Shown in pieces: positions 29,383 to 37,341 of a stretch of 64,000 bases of DNA. Within the stretch, counting starts at the first letter, position 1; each line of letters begins with the position of its first letter. Source of the DNA: a virus; IMG/VR virus record IMGVR_UViG_3300023184_002781, positions 1 to 64,000 of that record; one strand, 5' to 3'. The notes under the pieces are model-generated. The model searched no databases. It had not been told where the DNA came from and saw only the letters and a list, made by a program, of their open reading frames with translations. A program made the translations under genes and the position numbers.

Positions 29383-29831
29383 TATAGTGTCTCCAATACT
29401 TGTTTATATGCTTGAGCATGACGTTGCTCAACTTTTTGTAATGCCGCAAAACGTTTTTCTGCTCGGGCTAATACTGCTATAAATTGTTCAGCATGTTCTT
29501 TGCTTTCTTCAATTTGATGATTGGCTTCACGCATGGCTCGTGAATTACCTTCATATTCAGCAGCACGTTTGAATTCTGGATACATGGTAGTAAATTCATA
29601 TGTTTCACCTTCAATAGCTTTTTCCAAACATTCTTTAGTTGATGGTTTGCCAATTAGCAATTCCAAATGTCCCCAAGCATGTAGTAGTTCTTGATCTGCG
29701 GTGTGTTCAAAATGTTTTGCAACATCTTCGTAACCTTCTTCGCGAGCAATTTTTGCAAAGTATCTATATTTGACATGTGCCTGGCTTTCTCCTGCCAATG
29801 CACTTTCTAAGTTTTTAATGGTAAGTGACAT
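29382..29831 (-). CDS. Rubrerythrin (ferritin-like di-iron domain)
   Basis: AGESQA...Y, ELLHA, GETYE...MY and ESKEHA motifs. Confidence 0.93.
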   Translation of the reverse strand: MSLTIKNLESALAGESQAHVKYRYFAKIAREEGYEDVAKHFEHTADQELLHAWGHLELLIGKPSTKECLEKAIEGETYEFTTMYPEFKRAAEYEGNSRAMREANHQIEESKEHAEQFIAVLARAEKRFAALQKVEQRHAQAYKQVLETL

Positions 29832-29884
29832 CTTTTCTCCTTGTGTGTGATTGTCTTACAATGTTAATTGTACATTTATTTACT

Positions 29885-29930
29885 ATAGTAATCAACTATA
29901 AAATGGTATTTTTCAATTGTAATTTCCTAT
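29885..29930. promoter_or_regulatory. OxyR/LysR-like operator
   Basis: ATAG-N7-CTAT (29885-29899) and ATTG-N7-CTAT (29916-29930). Confidence 0.5.
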
Positions 29931-29943
29931 TACTATTATAGGT

Positions 29944-29969
29944 AAAAGAAACCCGCCGAAGCGGGTTCT
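29944..29969 (-). terminator. tmRNA terminator
   Basis: AGAACCCGC-TTCG-GCGGGTTTCTTTT. Confidence 0.85.
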
Positions 29970-30217
29970 GTTATTTTCTGTTACGAGGTATAACTACCCT
30001 AGGCGGCGTTTAGGCGGCCAAGGCGAACTGTGAGTCGTTTGCATTTACTTTTTTTGCTTGATTTACGGTCATCGCCTACCGTGCTGTCCACTTCAATACT
30101 CCTGACCCAATCGATCCTGTGTCATCCCCACCTAAATATACTTTATACACTTAGGTGGAGATGCCGGGCACTGCCCCCGGGTCTTGGCTCCATTTTTATC
30201 CGCTTCATACAGCAATA
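29970..30217 (-). ncRNA. ssrA: Circularly permuted two-piece tmRNA, tag ANDSQFALAA
   Basis: Acceptor piece first (T-arm CCGGG-GGCAGTG-CCCGG, CATCTCC-ACC ending 30154), hairpin spacer, then GGGGATG at 30129 (G3:U70); tag at 30042-30010; TAAATA at 30223-30228. Outer ends approximate. Confidence 0.92.
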
Positions 30218-30225
30218 ACTCTTAT

Positions 30226-30372
30226 TTAATCAGCTCGTGTATAATTCAATACCATACCTTGGCCATATTGGGCTTCAGCAATCATTTTAGCCTGCCAATC
30301 ATTATCAGCATTGACAATGACATTAGCAGTTTGATAAGGATTCAAACGAATCCAAACATTGTAACGATACAT
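30226..30372 (-). CDS. Small early protein (48 aa)
   Basis: Manual: MYRYNVWIRLNPYQTANVIVNADNDWQAKMIAEAQYGQGMVLNYTRAD; AGGAG SD; own sigma70 promoter. Confidence 0.8.
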   Translation of the reverse strand: MYRYNVWIRLNPYQTANVIVNADNDWQAKMIAEAQYGQGMVLNYTRAD

Positions 30373-30401
30373 AGCAGACTCCTGTGTGTTGTTAAGTATT
30401 A

Positions 30402-30430
30402 ATTATAGCAAGGTTTTACCTATTTGTCAA
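30402..30430 (-). promoter_or_regulatory. Consensus sigma70 promoter with GGTAAAA spacer motif
   Basis: TTGACA-aataggtaaaaccttgc-TATAAT. Confidence 0.9.
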
Positions 30431-30449
30431 GCATAATTTTACCAAAAAG

Positions 30450-30531
30450 TGGAGAAATCTGCAAGAATTGGCTTCTCCTGCCTCCCGGACTTGCACCTTC
30501 CAAAATGCTACGCATTATACCCTTGCAGACA
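30450..30531 (-). ncRNA. Candidate structured RNA (four-way junction with T-loop)
   Basis: Closing stem TCTGCAAG/CTTGCAGA; arms AATGC/GCATT, GG-TGCAAGT-CC and GGC/GCC. Confidence 0.45.
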
Positions 30532-30538
30532 ATAATAC

Positions 30539-31549
30539 TTATGTCTTTGTTGGACGCCAGCAACTAACCCAATTGGCATTACTAGCGGCAGTACCGCCTG
30601 GATATGAAATAGTTATATCTCCGTCGTCGGGATTATTCTTGCCACCGCTAGGAGTTTGATTTCCGCCTACAAAACTATATTTTCCATTAGCAGCGGTATA
30701 AACAAAATTTACATGCCTGTAACTCCAGAATGCAATATCACCGGGTCTTGCTTCTGCCTTGGGTACCTGCACTGCTCCCCATTTTTCTGGATTGGTGGTT
30801 ATAAGTGCGGCACTGGCAGTTTGGACATATTTGTAACCAGAATTTTTAAGAGCATAATTAACAAATCCCATACACCATGCAGTTTGATCTGTAGTCCATG
30901 GGTTAGCCGATGGATACCCAAGATTAGTCCAAATACCTGTAATTTTAGCATTACTTGGGTTTCCACCTTGCCCAGTTTCTCTCCATGCACCAGATCCTGC
31001 CTCTGTGACTCTTGCTTCTAAGAATGGTATAATATCTGATGCTGTTGGATCAGGTGCTACCTGACCAGCCGGTACAGTAGCAGGGTCAGCTACTCCTGGA
31101 GTACCTGCATAGTTACCTTTAACACCGTCGGCTGCTGCTTCTGGTTTATAATATGAATTTGGTTGTCCAGTTTGGGCGGTAACATAATTATCAACCAATT
31201 CAACTGCTGCTGCTTGATCAACAGGCGGGATAGTAGCAGTTGTAGAGACAGCAGATGTTCCAAATGTTCCGGCAGTCATTCCCACAAACACATTTGGACT
31301 ACCTCCGGCTCTTGGATGCCCACACGAATCTGAATTACCTTGTACATTTATTGGTATATTTTTAGCAAATACACTTGCAGACCCATTAGCAGTTACAGGA
31401 CTCGTATGTGGAGGAACAAAAGGAGCATGAGAAGATACTGACGACCCATCCACACTAATTGTTAAATTATTTGCCCATACTGATGATTGCTTTGATGTTA
31501 CTACACCACCTGCACTATCTGCATCAGTTGTTCTTGCTACCGCCGGCAT
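30539..31549 (-). CDS. PAAR-like spike-tip domain fused to CHAP/NlpC-P60-like (TIGR02594-type) domain
   Basis: MPAVAR...GSASVFAKNIP...CGH...GSPNVFVG; C-terminal TAWCMGFVN...HVNFV...GGNQ. Confidence 0.82.
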   Translation of the reverse strand: MPAVARTTDADSAGGVVTSKQSSVWANNLTISVDGSSVSSHAPFVPPHTSPVTANGSASVFAKNIPINVQGNSDSCGHPRAGGSPNVFVGMTAGTFGTSAVSTTATIPPVDQAAAVELVDNYVTAQTGQPNSYYKPEAAADGVKGNYAGTPGVADPATVPAGQVAPDPTASDIIPFLEARVTEAGSGAWRETGQGGNPSNAKITGIWTNLGYPSANPWTTDQTAWCMGFVNYALKNSGYKYVQTASAALITTNPEKWGAVQVPKAEARPGDIAFWSYRHVNFVYTAANGKYSFVGGNQTPSGGKNNPDDGDITISYPGGTAASNANWVSCWRPTKT

Positions 31550-31571
31550 ATATTATCCCCTTGGATAATAT

Positions 31572-31859
31572 TTATCGTAATGCTATATCAGTAGTACTGT
31601 CTCTGTATTGGTCAGCAGCATCATGTTTGCTGGTCATCATAGCAAATATATGTGACTTGTTCAAAGTTACTTCTTTGCTATTGCCAAGGAACATCCAAGG
31701 CATTAATCCAACACCTTGTCCATTTAGTGTAACGCACATTGGTTTAACAAGTTTAACTACATCAGTAGTTTCACTTTCAAAACGTGCTATAAGTTCCTCT
31801 CCGTTGATTAGTTTTAGACTAACAACATCAGCGGTGGTAAATCCTCTTTCTATTAACAT
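31572..31859 (-). CDS. Sm/LSm-like fold protein
   Basis: VVSLKLINGEELIAR and GLMPWM. Confidence 0.55.
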   Translation of the reverse strand: MLIERGFTTADVVSLKLINGEELIARFESETTDVVKLVKPMCVTLNGQGVGLMPWMFLGNSKEVTLNKSHIFAMMTSKHDAADQYRDSTTDIALR

Positions 31860-31873
31860 TTTATTCCTTTAAT

Positions 31874-32422
31874 TTAAATATATTGTGCCACAAGTTTTTG
31901 TATAGATTCATAATTAGGGGGTTTAGGCGTAATTATTGATTCAGTTAAATTAGGAAGATCCTCATAATATAAATCGTAATCATACTTTAAATTTAAATTA
32001 TCTAGTGCATTGTTATATTGCTGTTGTGACCAAACTGCTTTTTTTAAAATATTGATATCTATCATAACGGGAGCATTGGCAAATTCTTCTAATTTTAAAT
32101 TATCCAAATTATCATATGAGTAAAATCCTCTCATCTGAGCAACATACCAACTAGAAATTTGTTCTATTAAATTTTTTCTACGTATTCTTATTAATGTTGC
32201 ATTTATAAAAAGTTCTTCAGGATATTCATCTAATCCTGGATGAAATTTTAAAATATAATCTGATCGAGTTTTAGAAAAATTTAAAAACTTAGTTTTATAT
32301 TCTTGATGAGGTTCATCAAATAGAGTTAAGTTAGGATACTTACTGTTTAAGTATCTTGCCAACACAGTACTACCTGTCCTAGGACTTCCTATTATTATTA
32401 TGGGAAACTTATCACAAATCAT
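31874..32422 (-). CDS. Sulfotransferase-like protein
   Basis: IIIGSPRTGSTVL (5'-PSB loop), RRKNLIEQISS and LYYEDL. Confidence 0.7.
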   Translation of the reverse strand: MICDKFPIIIIGSPRTGSTVLARYLNSKYPNLTLFDEPHQEYKTKFLNFSKTRSDYILKFHPGLDEYPEELFINATLIRIRRKNLIEQISSWYVAQMRGFYSYDNLDNLKLEEFANAPVMIDINILKKAVWSQQQYNNALDNLNLKYDYDLYYEDLPNLTESIITPKPPNYESIQKLVAQYI

Positions 32423-32919
32423 TGTTCTTCTTTAGACGGTAATTCGCATAGAGCCTCTAGAGTCTTATAATGGTTGTAGGCTTTCTTCAACGCTTCAAAG
32501 TGTTCTAATTTTTCCGGGACTGGCACAAGTATAGCAAGACGCTTGGAGATTGTTTCCATAAACTCGCCGAGATCCTGGCCATTTACTTTTACCTTGCCTT
32601 CGAACTCTGCATCACCCTTAACATTCAGTGATGAAGGTTGGCTGTTATTAGTCATGGTAAGGTTTCCCCAAGGTGATGTGCTGTTGGTGGTATAGACATA
32701 ACTACTACCACTTGATCCAGGTATAGTCCCATATAATCCTGTGCCGCCGGCAGCACCTACATTAAGACTAGGATAAGGACCTGTTGTTAGGGATGGTATA
32801 GTTGATGCTGTTAATCCCGGTATCTGTGTTGTATCTAATGCACCCTGATTCATATAATATTCAGAGTATTGTTGAGTGGCATCTTTATATGCTTCATCAA
32901 TATCAATAGGGTTGCTCAT
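32419..32919 (-). CDS. Hypothetical protein
   Basis: 166 aa; coupled to glutaredoxin. Confidence 0.7.
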   Translation of the reverse strand: MSNPIDIDEAYKDATQQYSEYYMNQGALDTTQIPGLTASTIPSLTTGPYPSLNVGAAGGTGLYGTIPGSSGSSYVYTTNSTSPWGNLTMTNNSQPSSLNVKGDAEFEGKVKVNGQDLGEFMETISKRLAILVPVPEKLEHFEALKKAYNHYKTLEALCELPSKEEQ

Positions 32920-33137
32920 TTTAGATATTCTCTAAGTTCAGTAAATCCACCAACATATCCGTCTTCGATAAAAATTTGTGGAAGTGTACGTGCATTGGGT
33001 ACTGCTTCTAATAATTCTTCCTTAGTATATCCATCACCAATCTTACGTTCTTCAATTTGATAACCTTTTGATTTTAGTAATGCGGTTGCTTGGTCACAGT
33101 AAGGGCAGTGATACTTACTCCATAATATTGCTTTCAT
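32916..33137 (-). CDS. Glutaredoxin
   Basis: CPYC, TLPQIF and YVGGF motifs. Confidence 0.95.
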   Translation of the reverse strand: MKAILWSKYHCPYCDQATALLKSKGYQIEERKIGDGYTKEELLEAVPNARTLPQIFIEDGYVGGFTELREYLK

Positions 33138-33142
33138 TTTTA

Positions 33143-33307
33143 TTATCCTCTTCTATTAATCACTGAGGTTATTTGATTAACCTCTCCGCGTCTGCGGTTG
33201 TTTTCTCTTTCTAATAAACTTATACGTTGATTTAACTCTTGATTCTGTTTAATCAATTGTTCAACAAATTGTTCAAGTTTTTTAATTTTTTCAGTTTCGG
33301 TAATCAT
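33143..33307 (-). CDS. Small coiled-coil protein (54 aa)
   Basis: Manual: MITETEKIKKLEQFVEQLIKQNQELNQRISLLERENNRRRG...; start overlaps the nrdB stop. Confidence 0.7.
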   Translation of the reverse strand: MITETEKIKKLEQFVEQLIKQNQELNQRISLLERENNRRRGEVNQITSVINRRG

Positions 33308-34410
33308 TATAGATCCGGTAATTCGTCGTACATTACACTATCACTCATCACACCGATTACATAGTTAGTGCTTTCAGTTTCCTGCAATGCACTTTGTTTC
33401 TTACCAATATTCACATGTTTATTAAACCATGGAATAGGACTTGAACGTGGATGTTCTTCGGCATACTTAATACCAATATCTTTTAAACGTGTAAATGCTG
33501 TATAATCAACAAAGTCTTTTAGAATAGTAGCATTAAGTCCGATTACAGGACCTTTCTTAAACAAATAGTCTGCCCATGCTTTTTCTTCTTCAATGACTTC
33601 CATATACATAGCATATACTTCTTCTTGGCATTCTTCTACTATTTTGGCAAAACGATCGTCATCCTTTACTACGTTGTTAATTAACCAAGCAGTCCATTCT
33701 GCGTGTAACAACTCATCTTGTAGAATCAAACTAATAATATTGCCGTTGCCGATATAGATCTTGTTCTCAACCATAGCTAAACTTGTAGCAAAACTAACCA
33801 TAAAGCGGAATGCTTCTAAAGCATAGCTAGCGTTAAGTGCTAACCAAATTGCTTTGATATGCGTTTCTTCACTAACAGTTTTTGGATTGATTTCCTTGAA
33901 ACAATTTAGTTCATGTAGTTTATCATAATATCTACCTATACTTGCAGACATTTCTACAATTTCCTTGGTATTATGAATTTTATTAAATTCTTCTTTTGGT
34001 ACACTATAGACATTACGAATAATGTGGCTATAACTCTTACTGTGAATATTTGTTTCAAAGAAACTCCAATTACTAACCAGTGCTTCTAATTCTGGTATGC
34101 TAATTACTGGACTAAAGATTTGACTGGGCGCTCTGCCCTGAATACTGTCTAAAGCAGTTTGTCGTAGTAGATTACTGGTAAAGATATGTTTAACTGCCTC
34201 GCTGGCATCTTTATGATCCATTTTATCTTTTGTCAAACTAATCTCTTCTGGAACCCAAAAGAATCCGCGAGCCAGTTCTTCAAACTTTGTAAGTTTAGGA
34301 TATTTAACTTCCTCAAAACGTTGTACAGTAACTGGACCTTCTACGTCCAGAAACATTTTACGTTTTAGATAGTTTGTTTGTTTTAATAAATTGTATTGTT
34401 CGATACTCAT
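33307..34410 (-). CDS. nrdB: Ribonucleotide reductase class Ia beta subunit
   Basis: FFWVPEE, ETNIHSKSY, EAFRF and DELLH motifs; start MSIEQY with AAGGA SD. Confidence 0.95.
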   Translation of the reverse strand: MSIEQYNLLKQTNYLKRKMFLDVEGPVTVQRFEEVKYPKLTKFEELARGFFWVPEEISLTKDKMDHKDASEAVKHIFTSNLLRQTALDSIQGRAPSQIFSPVISIPELEALVSNWSFFETNIHSKSYSHIIRNVYSVPKEEFNKIHNTKEIVEMSASIGRYYDKLHELNCFKEINPKTVSEETHIKAIWLALNASYALEAFRFMVSFATSLAMVENKIYIGNGNIISLILQDELLHAEWTAWLINNVVKDDDRFAKIVEECQEEVYAMYMEVIEEEKAWADYLFKKGPVIGLNATILKDFVDYTAFTRLKDIGIKYAEEHPRSSPIPWFNKHVNIGKKQSALQETESTNYVIGVMSDSVMYDELPDL

Positions 34411-34550
34411 TTCCATGTCCTTATCGCGATCCAATGTTGGATGCGTTGTATATGCCATGCCATCCATCCGGGCACACGGCATATTTTTTTACCACTTGGT
34501 GTGTATAATGTATTATCACTACTAACACCCATTAATCCTATTGTTATCAT
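34407..34550 (-). CDS. Small Trp-rich protein (47 aa) between nrdA and nrdB
   Basis: Manual: MITIGLMGVSSDNTLYTPSGKKICRVPGWMAWHIQRIQHWIAIRTWK; ATGA overlaps at both ends. Confidence 0.7.
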   Translation of the reverse strand: MITIGLMGVSSDNTLYTPSGKKICRVPGWMAWHIQRIQHWIAIRTWK

Positions 34551-36871
34551 AATTTGCATGCCTCGCAGTCTTCGTCGTCGCTATATATAGTAACAGGTTC
34601 TAATGCTACTAATCTATCACTTTGTGTCATTAATATATTTTTACTACCTACTTTGTCTATCAGGCTATAATACATAGTCTTTAAACCCCACTTGTAGGCT
34701 AACATTAAGTTCTTAGCAATTAATGTTCCTGGTACTTTACCATCTTTAAAATGTCTCGGACTATAGAATGTATTAGTACTTAGACTTTGGTCAATATATG
34801 CTGCTAGGACCGCTGATGTTTTTAAATAATCAACACAATCAGCCTGTTCCCACATCAATTGATAACGGTTCTTCAAGCGACGATATTCCGGAACAACTTG
34901 TGTAAATGATCCGGCCTTGCTTTCTTTAACGCTGATCAGTTCCATAGGCATTTCAATACCGTTAGTAGAGTTTAAAACAACACTACTTGATTCAACAGGA
35001 GCAACTGCCATAAGTGTAGCATTACGTATCCCATACTTCTTCATACGCTCACGTAATGGTTCCCAATCCATGCTAGGTGTAAAGTCTGTGAGTTCATTAA
35101 CACCTGCTGCTCTGCGTTCCCAAGGAAATACTCCCCGGCCGTAGTAAGTATGTTCGCTACGCAGACATGGGCCACGCTCTTGGGCCAGTTCCACACTTGC
35201 TTCGGTTAGGTAGTATGCCTGATGTTCCATCCAACGTTTGACTTCTGCTAGTGCATCTGGTTCGCCGTATTTAAAACTCTTACGTGCATGCCAGTAGGCT
35301 AAGTTTGTAATGCCAACACCTAGTGGTTCAAAATCATCATTGGCTAGTTTGCTCTGTATGCTTAGGAAGTCTTGATATTGTAACAAGTTACTTAGACTGC
35401 GAACCAATATTCTGCAAGCCTTACGCATTTCTTGTGGATTACGGAATGCACCCCAATTTATGGACCCAAGAGTACAAAGAGCAATGCGTCCCTCTGGATC
35501 TTCAATTCTTTGGAAAGGCTTCGTGGGTAAAAGTATTTCTTGGCATAGATTTGATTGGTATATTGGGTCAAGCTGTGTATCAAACGGGCCCTGGTTGATA
35601 ACGTTGTCAATGTTGACAAGGTAGATGCGCCCAGTATCAGTACGTTCCTTAAGGATACCATTTTTGAAGATTTCATCAGCCGATACGCTCTTCTTTTTAA
35701 TTGTCGGATGCTTTTCATAATTTAGGTATAGTTTTTCAAATTCTTCGCTGTTGCGATAGTAAGCTTCGTATAAGTCAGGTACGTCATGTGGATCAAACAA
35801 TGTCATCATTTGTCCATTCTTATAACGATTCCAAAACATTTTATTAATCACTACACTGTAATCCATTTGACGCACACGAGTTTCTTCAGTACCTTGATTA
35901 TTTTTAAGAACAATAAGGTCTTCAAACTGATAATGCCAAACGGGGAATGTTACTGTACAACTTGCATTACGGATGCCACCTTGACTACAACTACGTAGAT
36001 CAGCAAACCATTTTTTCAAGAAAGGTATCATACCTGTATGTTTGATTTCACCGTTACGTATAGGAGCACCGAGTGGGCGGATACGTCCAATCTCTAATCC
36101 TATGCCAGCACGTTTGCTAGCATACTTGGCCATCATTTCACCAGAAGCGAAGATGCTGTCCAAAGTATCATCGCTACTGATAAGGACACAGCTACTAAAC
36201 TGCTTAGTAGTAGTACCGAGACCAGCAAGCACAGGTGTAGCCAACGTAAAATGGCCTGCGCTAGCACATTCGTAATATTCTTTGACATACTTTAATCTTG
36301 CCTCCTTAGATTCATTATGGAATGCTGTTGCCGCAGCAATAGCATAACGTACCTGAGGAGTCTCGAATATCTGTCCAGTGGCACGATTCTGTACTAGATA
36401 TTTTTCACATAACTGTGCTATGGCAGCATAGGTATAAGTTTCATCTTTGTCATGGTCGATGAATAATTCAATGATATTCCATTCCTCTTCCGAATACCAT
36501 TTAAGTAATTCCGGTGTGTACATTCCGGCATCGATATTCTTTTTTACAATATCGTATAGGCGGGAAGGTTTATAATCTCCATATACCTCTTTACGTAGCA
36601 TACTGACCTTTTGGCGTCCCGCTACTAGTTGATAATTTACATTGTTAATTTCTGGATTTTCAGTTTCGTCTATAAGATCAACCATTGCCTTAAGCAATAG
36701 TTCATCTATTGTTTCTGTAGTCATTCCATCATGTAGTTCAATTTGCGCTTTGATTTCGATCATACTAGGACTAACCCCGTCTATACCCTTACAAGAGTAT
36801 GCTACTTGTCGTTGTATTTTTTCAATATCAATGGGGACGCGATTCCCATTACGCTTTACTACTGTAATCAT
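34547..36871 (-). CDS. nrdA: Ribonucleotide reductase class Ia alpha subunit
   Basis: ATP cone, FSSC, SNLCQE, KTMYY and C-terminal CEAC. Confidence 0.97.
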   Translation of the reverse strand: MITVVKRNGNRVPIDIEKIQRQVAYSCKGIDGVSPSMIEIKAQIELHDGMTTETIDELLLKAMVDLIDETENPEINNVNYQLVAGRQKVSMLRKEVYGDYKPSRLYDIVKKNIDAGMYTPELLKWYSEEEWNIIELFIDHDKDETYTYAAIAQLCEKYLVQNRATGQIFETPQVRYAIAAATAFHNESKEARLKYVKEYYECASAGHFTLATPVLAGLGTTTKQFSSCVLISSDDTLDSIFASGEMMAKYASKRAGIGLEIGRIRPLGAPIRNGEIKHTGMIPFLKKWFADLRSCSQGGIRNASCTVTFPVWHYQFEDLIVLKNNQGTEETRVRQMDYSVVINKMFWNRYKNGQMMTLFDPHDVPDLYEAYYRNSEEFEKLYLNYEKHPTIKKKSVSADEIFKNGILKERTDTGRIYLVNIDNVINQGPFDTQLDPIYQSNLCQEILLPTKPFQRIEDPEGRIALCTLGSINWGAFRNPQEMRKACRILVRSLSNLLQYQDFLSIQSKLANDDFEPLGVGITNLAYWHARKSFKYGEPDALAEVKRWMEHQAYYLTEASVELAQERGPCLRSEHTYYGRGVFPWERRAAGVNELTDFTPSMDWEPLRERMKKYGIRNATLMAVAPVESSSVVLNSTNGIEMPMELISVKESKAGSFTQVVPEYRRLKNRYQLMWEQADCVDYLKTSAVLAAYIDQSLSTNTFYSPRHFKDGKVPGTLIAKNLMLAYKWGLKTMYYSLIDKVGSKNILMTQSDRLVALEPVTIYSDDEDCEACKL

Positions 36872-36902
36872 TGCCTAACCTTTTTATTGTTCTAGATGAT
36901 AT

Positions 36903-37337
36903 TTACCTGGGACCAGTAACTTCGATTATATTTTCTAGTTTAAATCCGCTATTTACTTCTACAGCTGAAATTGGACCATTATCGTTGTAGTTAATTACCC
37001 AGGAATTGTCAATATATATTACATTGTATTCTCTAGTTCGATTATCGTCAACTAATGTTTTAAGTTCTATTTTGGAATCTTTAAATTTCTTTGTCAATTT
37101 TAAAGTCCATCCTATCATAAGAGCTTTAGTAAAATCATCGTACTTATTAGTTTTGATAATTTCCCAAGGAGTTGGCCAACTTTTTTGATAATAGGGATCT
37201 ATATTTCTATTATGTGGAGTGAATGGCGCTTGATTCCAAAAATCCCATACTTCTTGTAAAGGATCATTTGAGCAGTCGAGTTCCTGTCTATGTTTTATCC
37301 ACTCTGATAATCTGTCATCTACAGATTGATTAAACAT
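36903..37337 (-). CDS. Hypothetical protein
   Basis: 144 aa; WPTPWE motif. Confidence 0.7.
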   Translation of the reverse strand: MFNQSVDDRLSEWIKHRQELDCSNDPLQEVWDFWNQAPFTPHNRNIDPYYQKSWPTPWEIIKTNKYDDFTKALMIGWTLKLTKKFKDSKIELKTLVDDNRTREYNVIYIDNSWVINYNDNGPISAVEVNSGFKLENIIEVTGPR

Positions 37338-37341
37338 GATT

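Noticed and set aside
30030-30218. 62-aa plus-strand ORF, or a canonical tRNA at this locus
   Set aside because: The region is explained by the minus-strand permuted tmRNA; there is no anticodon arm.
30470-30505. Cobalamin riboswitch or twister-sister ribozyme assignment
   Set aside because: Only the T-loop module matches; the B12-box and GCUCA cleavage-strand elements were not found, so it is kept as an unclassified candidate.
34411-34546. Intron or homing element in the nrdA-nrdB region
   Set aside because: Both genes are continuous, the gap is filled by a coupled 47-aa ORF, and no intein motifs were seen.
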